32,803 bases of DNA, from assembly GCA_964401235.1 (NCBI GenBank), contig CAYNXT010000002.1, positions 1 to 32,803 on the forward strand, given 5' to 3'. A model generated the notes under the pieces. That model was not told where the DNA came from. It was given only the letters and a program-made list of their open reading frames with translations, and searched no databases. The position numbers were made by a program, and so were the translations under genes. This document shows positions 24,310 through 32,420 of the stretch, piece after piece (position 1 is the first letter of the stretch; each line of letters starts with the position of its first letter). This DNA comes from an uncultured Planctomycetales bacterium. Lineage in GTDB: Bacteria; Omnitrophota; Gorgyraeia; Aquiviventales; Aquiviventaceae.

Positions 24310-25425
24310 ATGAGTACGAAGCCGTCCTCATCGACTCGGCCCCATCCCTATCCCTGGCCTGGAGTCATCGAGGCCTATCGCTCCTACTTGCCGGTCTCAC
24401 GCACCACGCCGATCGTCACGCTCTTGGAAGGCAATACCCCGCTGATTCACAGCCGCACCCTCAGCGAGCGCATCGGCAAGAAGGTGGAAGTCTATCTGAA
24501 GTACGAAGCGATGAATCCGACCGGCTCGTTTAAGGACCGTGGCATGACCCTCGCGATTTCAAAAGCCTGTGAAGCGAAATCCGTGGCCGTCTTGTGCGCC
24601 TCAACCGGTAATACATCGGCCTCAGCTAGTGCGTATGCCGCGCGCGCCGGCTTACGATCCATCGTGCTGATTCCGAGCGGGGCGATTGCATTGGGCAAGC
24701 TCTCGCAAGCGCTGATTCATGGAGCCAGCATCGCCGCGGTCGAGGCAAACTTCGATGCGTGTCTCGCCATCGTCAAGTCGCTGGCCCAGCAGTATCCCAT
24801 GACGATCGTCAATTCGATCAATCCGTATCGCATTGAGGGACAAAAAACCTGCGCGTTTGAAATCTGCGATGCCCTTGGTGGCGCGCCGGATATTCATGTA
24901 ACTCCTGTGGGGAATGCAGGCAATATCACGGCGCAATGGAAGGGCTATCAAGAATATCGCGCCCGTGGTCGCATCCAGCGCCTGCCGGTGATGCTGGGAT
25001 TTCAAGCCCAAGGAGCGGCTCCCATCGTGAAAGGGAAGATCATCCCCAAGCCCCGGACGGTGGCGACTGCCATTCGCATCGGCAACCCGGCGAGTTGGCA
25101 AGGCGCGCTTGCCGCTGCAGGGCAATCGCACGGTGCGATTCAAGCCGTCACGGACCGAGAAATTCTCTCTGCCTACCGACTCTTGGCACAAGAGGATGGC
25201 GTGTTTGCCGAACCGGCCTCAGCCGCCTCCATTGCCGGACTGCTCAAGCTGGCTCGAGCCGGGTATTTTACATCACGAGTGTCACGTGGCGCGCGCCTGA
25301 AGATCGTGTGCGTCCTCACCGGCCACGGGCTCAAAGATCCTGAGCGAGCCATCAAGAGCATCCGTGTGCCCAAACCGCTCCCCCCTTCGATCTCGACGAT
25401 CGCCAAAGCCGTCGGTCTGAAATAA
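24310..25425 (+). CDS. thrC: Threonine synthase
   Basis: EGNTPLI, NPTGSFKDRGM (PLP lysine), ASTGNTSAS. The ATG at 24310 follows a GGGGTGG Shine-Dalgarno sequence. Confidence 0.92.
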   Translation: MSTKPSSSTRPHPYPWPGVIEAYRSYLPVSRTTPIVTLLEGNTPLIHSRTLSERIGKKVEVYLKYEAMNPTGSFKDRGMTLAISKACEAKSVAVLCASTGNTSASASAYAARAGLRSIVLIPSGAIALGKLSQALIHGASIAAVEANFDACLAIVKSLAQQYPMTIVNSINPYRIEGQKTCAFEICDALGGAPDIHVTPVGNAGNITAQWKGYQEYRARGRIQRLPVMLGFQAQGAAPIVKGKIIPKPRTVATAIRIGNPASWQGALAAAGQSHGAIQAVTDREILSAYRLLAQEDGVFAEPASAASIAGLLKLARAGYFTSRVSRGARLKIVCVLTGHGLKDPERAIKSIRVPKPLPPSISTIAKAVGLK

Positions 25426-25445
25426 GCGTATAATAATTTCATTCC

Positions 25446-26594
25446 ATGAAATATCTGATCATCCGCTGTGAAGACCATGCCTGCCAGGGAACCCATGTCG
25501 CTTCGCTGCTTGAAGGAGCGAAAGCCGTCCATTTGCAGCATCTTGCCCAGGCCGGAGCGGCCGGCCTCATTCGGCAAAAGAGTTCCGAGCAATGGTGCGA
25601 CCGATTCGCCTTGCACCGTGCATTGTTCGGCCTGGGTCCAGAGGATCTAGAGGCCTCGGCCGGTTGGTGTTACGCTGCCGGCACCAATCTTCGGCCCTCG
25701 GCTCAGGAAACCGTGTGGTGTTGCGATTTTGTGACTCAGCGGGATGGCGCTGTTGCCGACGCGACAGCAGGCAATATCCAAACAAAAGAGAGCAACCTCC
25801 TGCTGCAGGCGCTCAATGCGGAGCTTGGATCAGACACGAGGCGCTGGGAGGTAGGGCATGGTTCGCGCCATGTGTTTCTCACCAGCGATCCAGCGCTCAG
25901 CGTGCAGCATGCCGCGGTGCGGAGCGGCCCGGACGTCTTGATCGGCCAATCATGGAAGAAGCATTTGCCTGATGATCCATTGCGGGAACCATTGCAACGG
26001 CTCATGGAGCAAGCAGCCTTGGTACTTGAGCGGCATGATATTAACCGCGTGCGATTAGATCTTGGTGAGAATCCGGCCAATCTGGCATGGTTCTGGGGGG
26101 CCGCGCCACGGCAAGAGCCGCGTAAATTTTCAGATCGCACCGGGCTCTCGGGAGCGGTGATATCGAGCAGCTTTCCCATGCGGGGGTTTGCCACGTGCCT
26201 TGGATTGGAGTGGCGACCGGGTTTGACATCCTTTGACGAGACGGCATTCGAGAAACTATTGCAAGAACTCACCACGCTGTTGCAGCGTCACGACTGGGTC
26301 TATGTGCATGTGCGAGTGGACAGTGCGGATCCGGTCGATCGCTTATGTGCCGTCGAACGGGTCGACCAGCTGCTGCTCAAGCCGCTGACCGGCTGGTTGC
26401 CCGAGCAAGGGCCCTGGCGCATGGCCGCGGTGATTGATGAACGATCCGTCTGTTCGCCCCTGTGGGTCGCCATTGGCAGCGGGCTTCCGCAACAAGGGGT
26501 CGAGCACTTAAGCCCTGAGCGGCTGGCCCAGAGCTCATTGAACATGAACAACGGCTTAGAGCTCTTTGCGTGGCTCACACAGAAGGGCGAATGA
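25446..26594 (+). CDS. Cofactor-independent phosphoglycerate mutase (ApgM)-like metalloenzyme-superfamily protein; candidate non-canonical homoserine kinase
   Basis: 382 aa with an MKYLII... N-terminus and overall ApgM-like layout. Lies between thrC and lysC. ATGA-coupled to lysC. Confidence 0.65.
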   Translation: MKYLIIRCEDHACQGTHVASLLEGAKAVHLQHLAQAGAAGLIRQKSSEQWCDRFALHRALFGLGPEDLEASAGWCYAAGTNLRPSAQETVWCCDFVTQRDGAVADATAGNIQTKESNLLLQALNAELGSDTRRWEVGHGSRHVFLTSDPALSVQHAAVRSGPDVLIGQSWKKHLPDDPLREPLQRLMEQAALVLERHDINRVRLDLGENPANLAWFWGAAPRQEPRKFSDRTGLSGAVISSSFPMRGFATCLGLEWRPGLTSFDETAFEKLLQELTTLLQRHDWVYVHVRVDSADPVDRLCAVERVDQLLLKPLTGWLPEQGPWRMAAVIDERSVCSPLWVAIGSGLPQQGVEHLSPERLAQSSLNMNNGLELFAWLTQKGE

Positions 26595-27820
26595 AACGAC
26601 GGCTCATTGTGCAAAAATTCGGCGGCAGCTCCGTCGCGAATCCTGAACGGATCAAACGGGTGGCCCAGCGGGTTGTGGACACCAAGCGCAAAGGCGCCAA
26701 CGTGGTGGTGGTCGTCTCGGCGCTGGGCGATACCACGGATGAGCTGCTGCAGCTCGCCTCGCAAATTACCCAGCAACCAGCCGAGCGCGAGCTCGACATG
26801 CTCATGGCGACCGGAGAGCAGGTGTCCGTAGCACTGCTGGCGATGGCTATTCATGAGCTCGGGGAGGACGCCGTGTCGTTTACCGGCGCACAGGTCGGCA
26901 TCTTGACCGATGGCATCCATACCAAGGCCAAAATTGTGGATATTCAGACCCAGCGGATTGTGCAGGAGCTGCCGAAGGGTCGCATTGTTATCGTGGCCGG
27001 TTTCCAAGGGGTGAACCTCAATCAAGATATCACCACGCTCGGCCGCGGCGGCTCTGACCTGACGGCCGTCGCACTGGCCAAGGCTCTTGGCGCGGATCTG
27101 TGCGAGATTTATACCGATGTGGATGGCGTCTACACCGCCGATCCGCGCATCGTCCCCGATGCTAAGAAGCTTGCGGCCATCAGCTACGATGAAATGCTCG
27201 AGATGGCATCGCTGGGGGCGCAAGTCATGCAGGCGCGATCCATCTTTGTCGCCAAGCGGTTTGAGATTCCCATTCATGTGCGATCCAGCTTTTCACTTCG
27301 GGAGGGCACGATGATCACCAAGTCGGTCAAGGCGATGGAGGACATCGTCGTCAGCGGCGTGACGCTGCAGAAGGACGAAGCCAAGGTCACGATTCGCGAT
27401 GTGCCGGACAAGCCTGGGATGGCTGCGGAGATCTTCCGGGAATTAGCTAGCAAAGACATCAACGTGGACATGATCGTCCAAAACGTCAGCCGCGAGGGCT
27501 CAACCGACTTGTCCTTTACCGTCATCAAGAGCGACTTGCCATCGACGCTACGCGTGACACGAAGCGTGTCGCACCGCATCGGGGCAGGCGAAGTGACGAC
27601 GGATGAGGGGGTGGCCAAGCTTTCGATTGTGGGAATCGGCATGCGCAGCCACTCGGGCATCGCGGCGAAGATGTTCGAAGCCATGGCGCGAGAGCGCATC
27701 AATATCGAAATGATCTCAACCTCGGAAATTAAGATCTCCTGCATCATCCGCCGCCAGCACGCCGAGCGGGCGATGCGCGTGATCCATAAAGCGTTTGAGC
27801 TTCGCAAACAGAGAACGTGA
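26591..27820 (+). CDS. lysC: Aspartate kinase (with two C-terminal ACT domains)
   Basis: [17 protein letters not shown](L)[29 protein letters not shown]. Confidence 0.93.
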   Translation: MKRRLIVQKFGGSSVANPERIKRVAQRVVDTKRKGANVVVVVSALGDTTDELLQLASQITQQPAERELDMLMATGEQVSVALLAMAIHELGEDAVSFTGAQVGILTDGIHTKAKIVDIQTQRIVQELPKGRIVIVAGFQGVNLNQDITTLGRGGSDLTAVALAKALGADLCEIYTDVDGVYTADPRIVPDAKKLAAISYDEMLEMASLGAQVMQARSIFVAKRFEIPIHVRSSFSLREGTMITKSVKAMEDIVVSGVTLQKDEAKVTIRDVPDKPGMAAEIFRELASKDINVDMIVQNVSREGSTDLSFTVIKSDLPSTLRVTRSVSHRIGAGEVTTDEGVAKLSIVGIGMRSHSGIAAKMFEAMARERINIEMISTSEIKISCIIRRQHAERAMRVIHKAFELRKQRT

Positions 27821-27827
27821 AATGGTT

Positions 27828-27919
27828 TCACCGCAAAAACGCAAAATTTCGCAAAGACGCAAAAAGGTGCACTAATGTTCTTTTTTGCGTTTTCGCGGTC
27901 TTTTGCGTTTTGGCGGTGA
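27828..27919. repeat. Long imperfect inverted repeat (40-nt arms, 12-nt loop) built from CGCAAAA-like units; possible terminator or attenuator
   Basis: The left arm (27828-27867) matches the reverse complement of the right arm (27880-27919) at 33 of 40 positions by hand alignment. Confidence 0.8.
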
Positions 27920-27928
27920 TATCGTGCG

Positions 27929-29539
27929 ATGTCATCGATTCAACTCTATGACACGACGCTCCGCGATGGAGCACAGACCGAAGGCATCTCGTATTCCGTC
28001 ACTGACAAGTTGCGGATTACGGAGAAGCTCGATGCCCTCGGCTTGCACTATATTGAAGGGGGCTGGCCGGGCTCCAATCCCAAGGATGCGGAATTTTTTC
28101 GCCTGGCTAAACGCCTTCGATTCACCACTGCCCGCTTAGCCGCGTTCGGCAGCACCCGGCGAGCCGACACCGCAACTGCCGATGCGAATCTCAACGCGTT
28201 GCTCAAGGCCGAAACCAAGACCCTCACCATCTTTGGCAAGAGCTGGGATCTGCACGTCCGGGATGTTTTAAAGGTGAGTCTGTCGGATAACTTGAAAATG
28301 ATCGAAGACTCGGTCGCGTACCTGAGACGGCACGACCGCGAGGTGGTCTACGACGCCGAGCATTTCTTCGATGGATACAAGGACGATGCTGACTATGCGG
28401 TGAAGACTCTGAAGGCCGCCTTAGCCGGCGGAGCCAGCGCGATCGTCTTGTGTGATACCAATGGTGGCAGCCTGCCCAGCGAGATCACGAAGATGATTGC
28501 CGAGGTGAAACGCCACGTTCCGGTGGCCATGGGCATCCACACGCATAACGATAGCGACCTTGCGGTGGCCAATGCACTGGCGGCCGTTGAGGCGGGTTGC
28601 GTCCAGGTGCAGGGGACGATCAATGGGTATGGAGAGCGCTGTGGCAATGCCAACCTCGTCTCGCTTATCGCCATCTTGAAACTGAAAAAAGGGATCAACT
28701 GCTTGCCGGACGCGAAGTTGAAACAGTTGACCGACACCTCGCGCTATGTCGCGGAAGTCAGCAACATGGCCCAGCATGCCAATCAACCGTTTGTCGGCTC
28801 GGCGGCATTCGCCCACAAGGGCGGGGTGCATGTCAACGCGGTTATGAAGAATCCCCGCACCTATGAGCATCTGGAGCCGAGCACCGTTGGCAATGAACGC
28901 AAAATCTTGGTCTCCGAGCTCTCAGGCCGCTCTTCGCTTGTGTTTAAAGCCAAGGATTTAGCGCTGGATCTTTCCAAAGAGACGCCTCAGGCCAAGCGGC
29001 TCCTCAAACTCTTACAGCGGTTGGAGCATGAAGGCTACCACTTCGAAGCCGCAGAGGGATCGCTGGAGCTTCTCCTCAAACGAGAGCTCAAAGAGGTTCG
29101 ACCCTTCTTTACGCTAGAGGGCTTCCGCATCATCATGGAGAAACGCGATCACCGTCTCACTTCAGAAGCCACCATCAAAGTGCGGGTCAACAAGGTGGTG
29201 GAGCATACCTCAGCCGAAGGTGATGGCCCGGTGAACGCGCTCGACAATGCCATTCGCAAGGCGCTCAAGCGCTTTTATCCCACGCTCTCTGAGATGCACC
29301 TGACCGATTTTAAGGTGCGCGTGCTCGATGAAAAAGCCGGCACCGCAGCGAAGGTACGCGTCCTGATCCAGTCCCAGGATGCGCATGATTCCTGGGGCAC
29401 GGTGGGTGTCTCGGAAAACATCATCGAAGCCAGCTGGCAAGCCCTCGTCGATTCGATTGAATATAAGCTGCTTAAGGACCAACGCTCAGCGTCTAGCGTA
29501 CAGCGTATAGCGTATAGAAAGAAATCGGCTACGAAATAG
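27929..29539 (+). CDS. cimA: (R)-citramalate synthase (LeuA/CimA family, long form)
   Basis: [39 protein letters not shown]-terminal LeuA-dimer regulatory domain. Confidence 0.85.
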   Translation: MSSIQLYDTTLRDGAQTEGISYSVTDKLRITEKLDALGLHYIEGGWPGSNPKDAEFFRLAKRLRFTTARLAAFGSTRRADTATADANLNALLKAETKTLTIFGKSWDLHVRDVLKVSLSDNLKMIEDSVAYLRRHDREVVYDAEHFFDGYKDDADYAVKTLKAALAGGASAIVLCDTNGGSLPSEITKMIAEVKRHVPVAMGIHTHNDSDLAVANALAAVEAGCVQVQGTINGYGERCGNANLVSLIAILKLKKGINCLPDAKLKQLTDTSRYVAEVSNMAQHANQPFVGSAAFAHKGGVHVNAVMKNPRTYEHLEPSTVGNERKILVSELSGRSSLVFKAKDLALDLSKETPQAKRLLKLLQRLEHEGYHFEAAEGSLELLLKRELKEVRPFFTLEGFRIIMEKRDHRLTSEATIKVRVNKVVEHTSAEGDGPVNALDNAIRKALKRFYPTLSEMHLTDFKVRVLDEKAGTAAKVRVLIQSQDAHDSWGTVGVSENIIEASWQALVDSIEYKLLKDQRSASSVQRIAYRKKSATK

Positions 29540-29584
29540 TACGATGTCCCTATACGCTATTCGCTAAACGCTATACGCTAGTCC
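29481..29584. repeat. Inverted pair of heptanucleotide arrays (AGCGTAT)n ... (CTATACG)n
   Basis: Left units are aacgctc agcgtct agcgtac agcgtat agcgtat (29481-29515). Right units are ctatacg ctattcg ctaaacg ctatacg ctagtcc (29550-29584). CTAG occurs at 29493 and 29578. Confidence 0.9.
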
Positions 29585-29593
29585 TATGTTGTT

Positions 29594-32416
29594 ATGAATC
29601 AATTGCCTCCCCAATACAATCCTAAGGAAGTCGAGGAAGCCCGCTATCAGTGGTGGGAGTCCCAAGGTTTCTTTGCGGCCGATGTGGACCCGAAGCGCAA
29701 GCCGTACACCATCGTGATTCCTCCGCCCAATGTCACCGGCATTCTCCACATGGGCCATGCGCTCAACAATACGATCCAAGACATCCTGATCCGCCATAAA
29801 CGCATGCAAGGGTTCAACGCGCTCTGGGTCCCCGGCACTGATCATGCAGGGATCGCCACGCAAAACGTCGTCGAGAAATCACTCGCCAAGGAAGGCAAGC
29901 GCCGGCAAGACCTTGGCCGCGAAGAGTTCATCAAGCGCGTGTGGCAGTGGAAAGAGCAGTACGGCAATACGATCATCTATCAGCTAAAGCGGCTTGGCTC
30001 CTCCTGTGACTGGCGCCGCGCCCGCTTTACGATGGATGAGGGGTTATCTGAGGCCGTGCTAGAGGTGTTCGTCCAGCTCTACAACAAAGGGTTGATCTAC
30101 CGAGGCAACTATATCATCAACTGGTGCCCGCGCTGCCAAACCGCTCTGGCTGATGAAGAAGCGCCTCGCCGGCAAACCCAAGGCAAGCTCTACCACATTC
30201 GATATTCGCTGGAATTGGGTGAAGGGTTATCAGTTTTTCTTGAGGTGGCGACGACGCGACCAGAAACGATGCTTGGTGATACCGCCATTGCCGTCCATCC
30301 GAAGGACAAGCGATACAAATCGCTCATTGGCAAGCACGCGATCTTGCCATTAGTGAATCGAAAGCTCCCCGTCATTGCCGATGAGCTGGTGGACCGCGAA
30401 TTCGGCACCGGCGCGGTCAAAGTCACACCGGCCCATGATCCTGCAGACTTCCACATGGGCAAGAAGCACAAGCTCGAGTTCATCAACGTGATGACCGATG
30501 ACGCGCACATGACGAACGTCCCCAAAGCCTACGAAGGGTTAGACCGGTTTGAGTGCCGCAGCAAGCTCATTGTCGATCTTGAACAAGCTGGGTTCCTCGG
30601 AGCGATCGAGGAGCACCAACACAACGTGGGCCATTGCTACCGGTGTAACACGGTCGTGGAACCTCGGCTCAGCCCTCAATGGTTTGTAAAAATGAAGCCG
30701 CTCGCCAAACCGGCTCTTGAGGCGGTGAAGAAGAAAAAGATCACCTTTGCGCCGGCGCGCTGGACCAAAGTCTACCTCAACTGGATGGAGAACATCGAGG
30801 ACTGGTGCATCAGCCGTCAGATCTGGTGGGGCCATCGTATTCCGGTCTGGTATTGCGATACATGTCTTGGCCAGACCGGAGTGGAAAGTGGACAGTGGAA
30901 AGTGGAAAGCAAAACCGGTCGTCAAGCAGGAATTATCGTGTCGAAAAATCAACCTGCTGGATGTCCGGCTTGCGGCTCCACGAAGCTGCGTCAAGATGAA
31001 GATGTGCTCGACACTTGGTTCTCCTCATGGTTGTGGCCCTTTTCCACGCTAGGCTGGCCCAAAAAGACCAAGGACCTAGCCTACTTTTATCCCACCCATA
31101 CGCTGGTGACTGCGCAGGAGATCATCTTCTTCTGGGTCGCCCGCATGATCATGGCCGGTTATTTCTGCATGAAAGAACCCCCATTTACCAAGGTCTACAT
31201 TCACGGCACCGTGCGCGACATCACCGGCAAGAAGATGTCCAAATCATTGGGCAACATTATCGATCCGTTGCAGATCATCGACCAGTACGGCACCGATGCG
31301 CTGCGTTATACCTTGGTGACCTCAACCGCAATCGGCCAGGACGTGTTCCTCTCCGAGGAGCGGTTTACCGCCGGCCGCAATTTTGCCAACAAGCTCTGGA
31401 ACGCCACGCGGTTCATTCTGAGCGTTGCCGAAGGCTCTAGGCCGAAGGCCGAAGGCAAGCCTCCAGCCTCCAGCCTCCAGCCTCGAGCCCTCATGATTCC
31501 TGACCGTTGGATATTGTCTAAGCTGCAGCACACCATCACGCGAGTGACGAAATCGCTCGACCAGTTCCTGTTCAATGACGCGGCCACCGCTCTCTACGAT
31601 TTCTTATGGCACGACGTGTGCGACTGGTATCTCGAGATCGCGAAAGTTCAACTAGCTCCAAGCTCCAAGCTCCAAGCTTCAGCAGACACGTCCAGCCTGC
31701 AGCTTGAAGCCTGCAGCAACACCATCGGCATTTTGACTCACGTTCTTGACACGAGCCTGCGGCTGCTTCATCCCGTTATGCCGTTTGTGACTGAAGAACT
31801 CTGGCAGCAACTAGCAACAAGCAACAAGCAACAAGCAACACGGAAACCCGCAACTGTTGCTGGTCGCGTGTCGCATGTTGCTTCAATTATGGTGGCTGAG
31901 TGGCCCAAGGCCTCCAAGAAACTGATTGATGAGAAAGCCGAAGAGCAGTTCGAGCAGTTCAAGGCGGTCGTGGTCACGATCCGGAACACGAAGGCTGAAT
32001 TAAACGTCCCGCTCGATGCCAGGCCACCGGTACGACTCTCCAGCGCGCAGGCGCCTGTCAGGGCCTTCTTCGAAGCGCACCGGCCGCTTCTGCAGGTTTT
32101 AGCTGGGACCGGTGAGATTTCCGTGGAAGCCGCGCGCCAGCGCATCAAGCACGCCGCAGCGTCCGTCGTGGACGGCATTGAGGTGGTGATCCCGCTTGAG
32201 GGGATGATCGACCCGGCTAAGGAGCGCGGCCGGCTTGAACAGCGCATCACTGAGTTGACGAACCACGTCAAGCGACTCGAAGCACAGCTGGCGAACACAC
32301 AGTTTACCAAACGAGCCCCGAGGGACGTTGTGGAACAGACAAAGACCGCGTTGACCCAGGCCCGCGAGAACTTGAAAAAATCCTCGGAGCACCTGGCCGT
32401 CCTGCAGTCCATGTAG
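29594..32416 (+). CDS. valS: Valine--tRNA ligase
   Basis: PPPNVTGILHMGHA (HIGH), KMSKSLGN (KMSKS), QDEDVLDTWFSS, C-terminal coiled coil. Confidence 0.96.
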   Translation: MNQLPPQYNPKEVEEARYQWWESQGFFAADVDPKRKPYTIVIPPPNVTGILHMGHALNNTIQDILIRHKRMQGFNALWVPGTDHAGIATQNVVEKSLAKEGKRRQDLGREEFIKRVWQWKEQYGNTIIYQLKRLGSSCDWRRARFTMDEGLSEAVLEVFVQLYNKGLIYRGNYIINWCPRCQTALADEEAPRRQTQGKLYHIRYSLELGEGLSVFLEVATTRPETMLGDTAIAVHPKDKRYKSLIGKHAILPLVNRKLPVIADELVDREFGTGAVKVTPAHDPADFHMGKKHKLEFINVMTDDAHMTNVPKAYEGLDRFECRSKLIVDLEQAGFLGAIEEHQHNVGHCYRCNTVVEPRLSPQWFVKMKPLAKPALEAVKKKKITFAPARWTKVYLNWMENIEDWCISRQIWWGHRIPVWYCDTCLGQTGVESGQWKVESKTGRQAGIIVSKNQPAGCPACGSTKLRQDEDVLDTWFSSWLWPFSTLGWPKKTKDLAYFYPTHTLVTAQEIIFFWVARMIMAGYFCMKEPPFTKVYIHGTVRDITGKKMSKSLGNIIDPLQIIDQYGTDALRYTLVTSTAIGQDVFLSEERFTAGRNFANKLWNATRFILSVAEGSRPKAEGKPPASSLQPRALMIPDRWILSKLQHTITRVTKSLDQFLFNDAATALYDFLWHDVCDWYLEIAKVQLAPSSKLQASADTSSLQLEACSNTIGILTHVLDTSLRLLHPVMPFVTEELWQQLATSNKQQATRKPATVAGRVSHVASIMVAEWPKASKKLIDEKAEEQFEQFKAVVVTIRNTKAELNVPLDARPPVRLSSAQAPVRAFFEAHRPLLQVLAGTGEISVEAARQRIKHAAASVVDGIEVVIPLEGMIDPAKERGRLEQRITELTNHVKRLEAQLANTQFTKRAPRDVVEQTKTALTQARENLKKSSEHLAVLQSM
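30881..30908. repeat. Heptanucleotide array inside valS (GTGGAAA GTGGACA GTGGAAA GTGGAAA)
   Basis: Four contiguous 7-nt units, translated as VESGQWKVES. Flanked by accgg (30875) and accgg (30914). Confidence 0.85.
31427..31493. repeat. Two abutting heptanucleotide arrays inside valS (GCCGAAG-type x4, GCCTCCA-type x5)
   Basis: gccgaag gctctag gccgaag gccgaag / gcaa / gcctcca x3 gcctcga gccctca. Translated as AEGSRPKAEGKPPASSLQPRAL. Confidence 0.85.
31654..31716. repeat. Nine-unit heptad block inside valS (AGCTCCA x3, AGCTTCA ... CCTGCAG CTTGAAG CCTGCAG)
   Basis: 63 nt, equal to 9 x 7 nt and to 21 codons. Preceded by CTAG at 31652. Translated as LAPSSKLQASADTSSLQLEAC. Confidence 0.85.
31807..31883. 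repeat. Inverted heptad arrays inside valS (GCAACAA x5 ... TGTTGCT-type x4)
   Basis: Left units at 31807-31841, spacer, right units gttgctg gtcgcgt gtcgcat gttgctt at 31856-31883. CTAG at 31811. Translated as LATSNKQQATRKPATVAGRVSHVAS. Confidence 0.85.
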
Positions 32417-32420
32417 CCTG

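Noticed and set aside
27300-27360. A possible internal start for a LysC beta subunit at the Met of [11 protein letters not shown].
   Set aside because: It is plausible by analogy with Bacillus and Corynebacterium lysC. Only a weak AAGG lies upstream, so it cannot be supported from sequence alone.
29540-29593. A T-box or other aminoacyl-tRNA-synthetase leader upstream of valS.
   Set aside because: The spacer is only 54 nt and is fully accounted for by the heptad hairpin arm, which is too short for a T-box.
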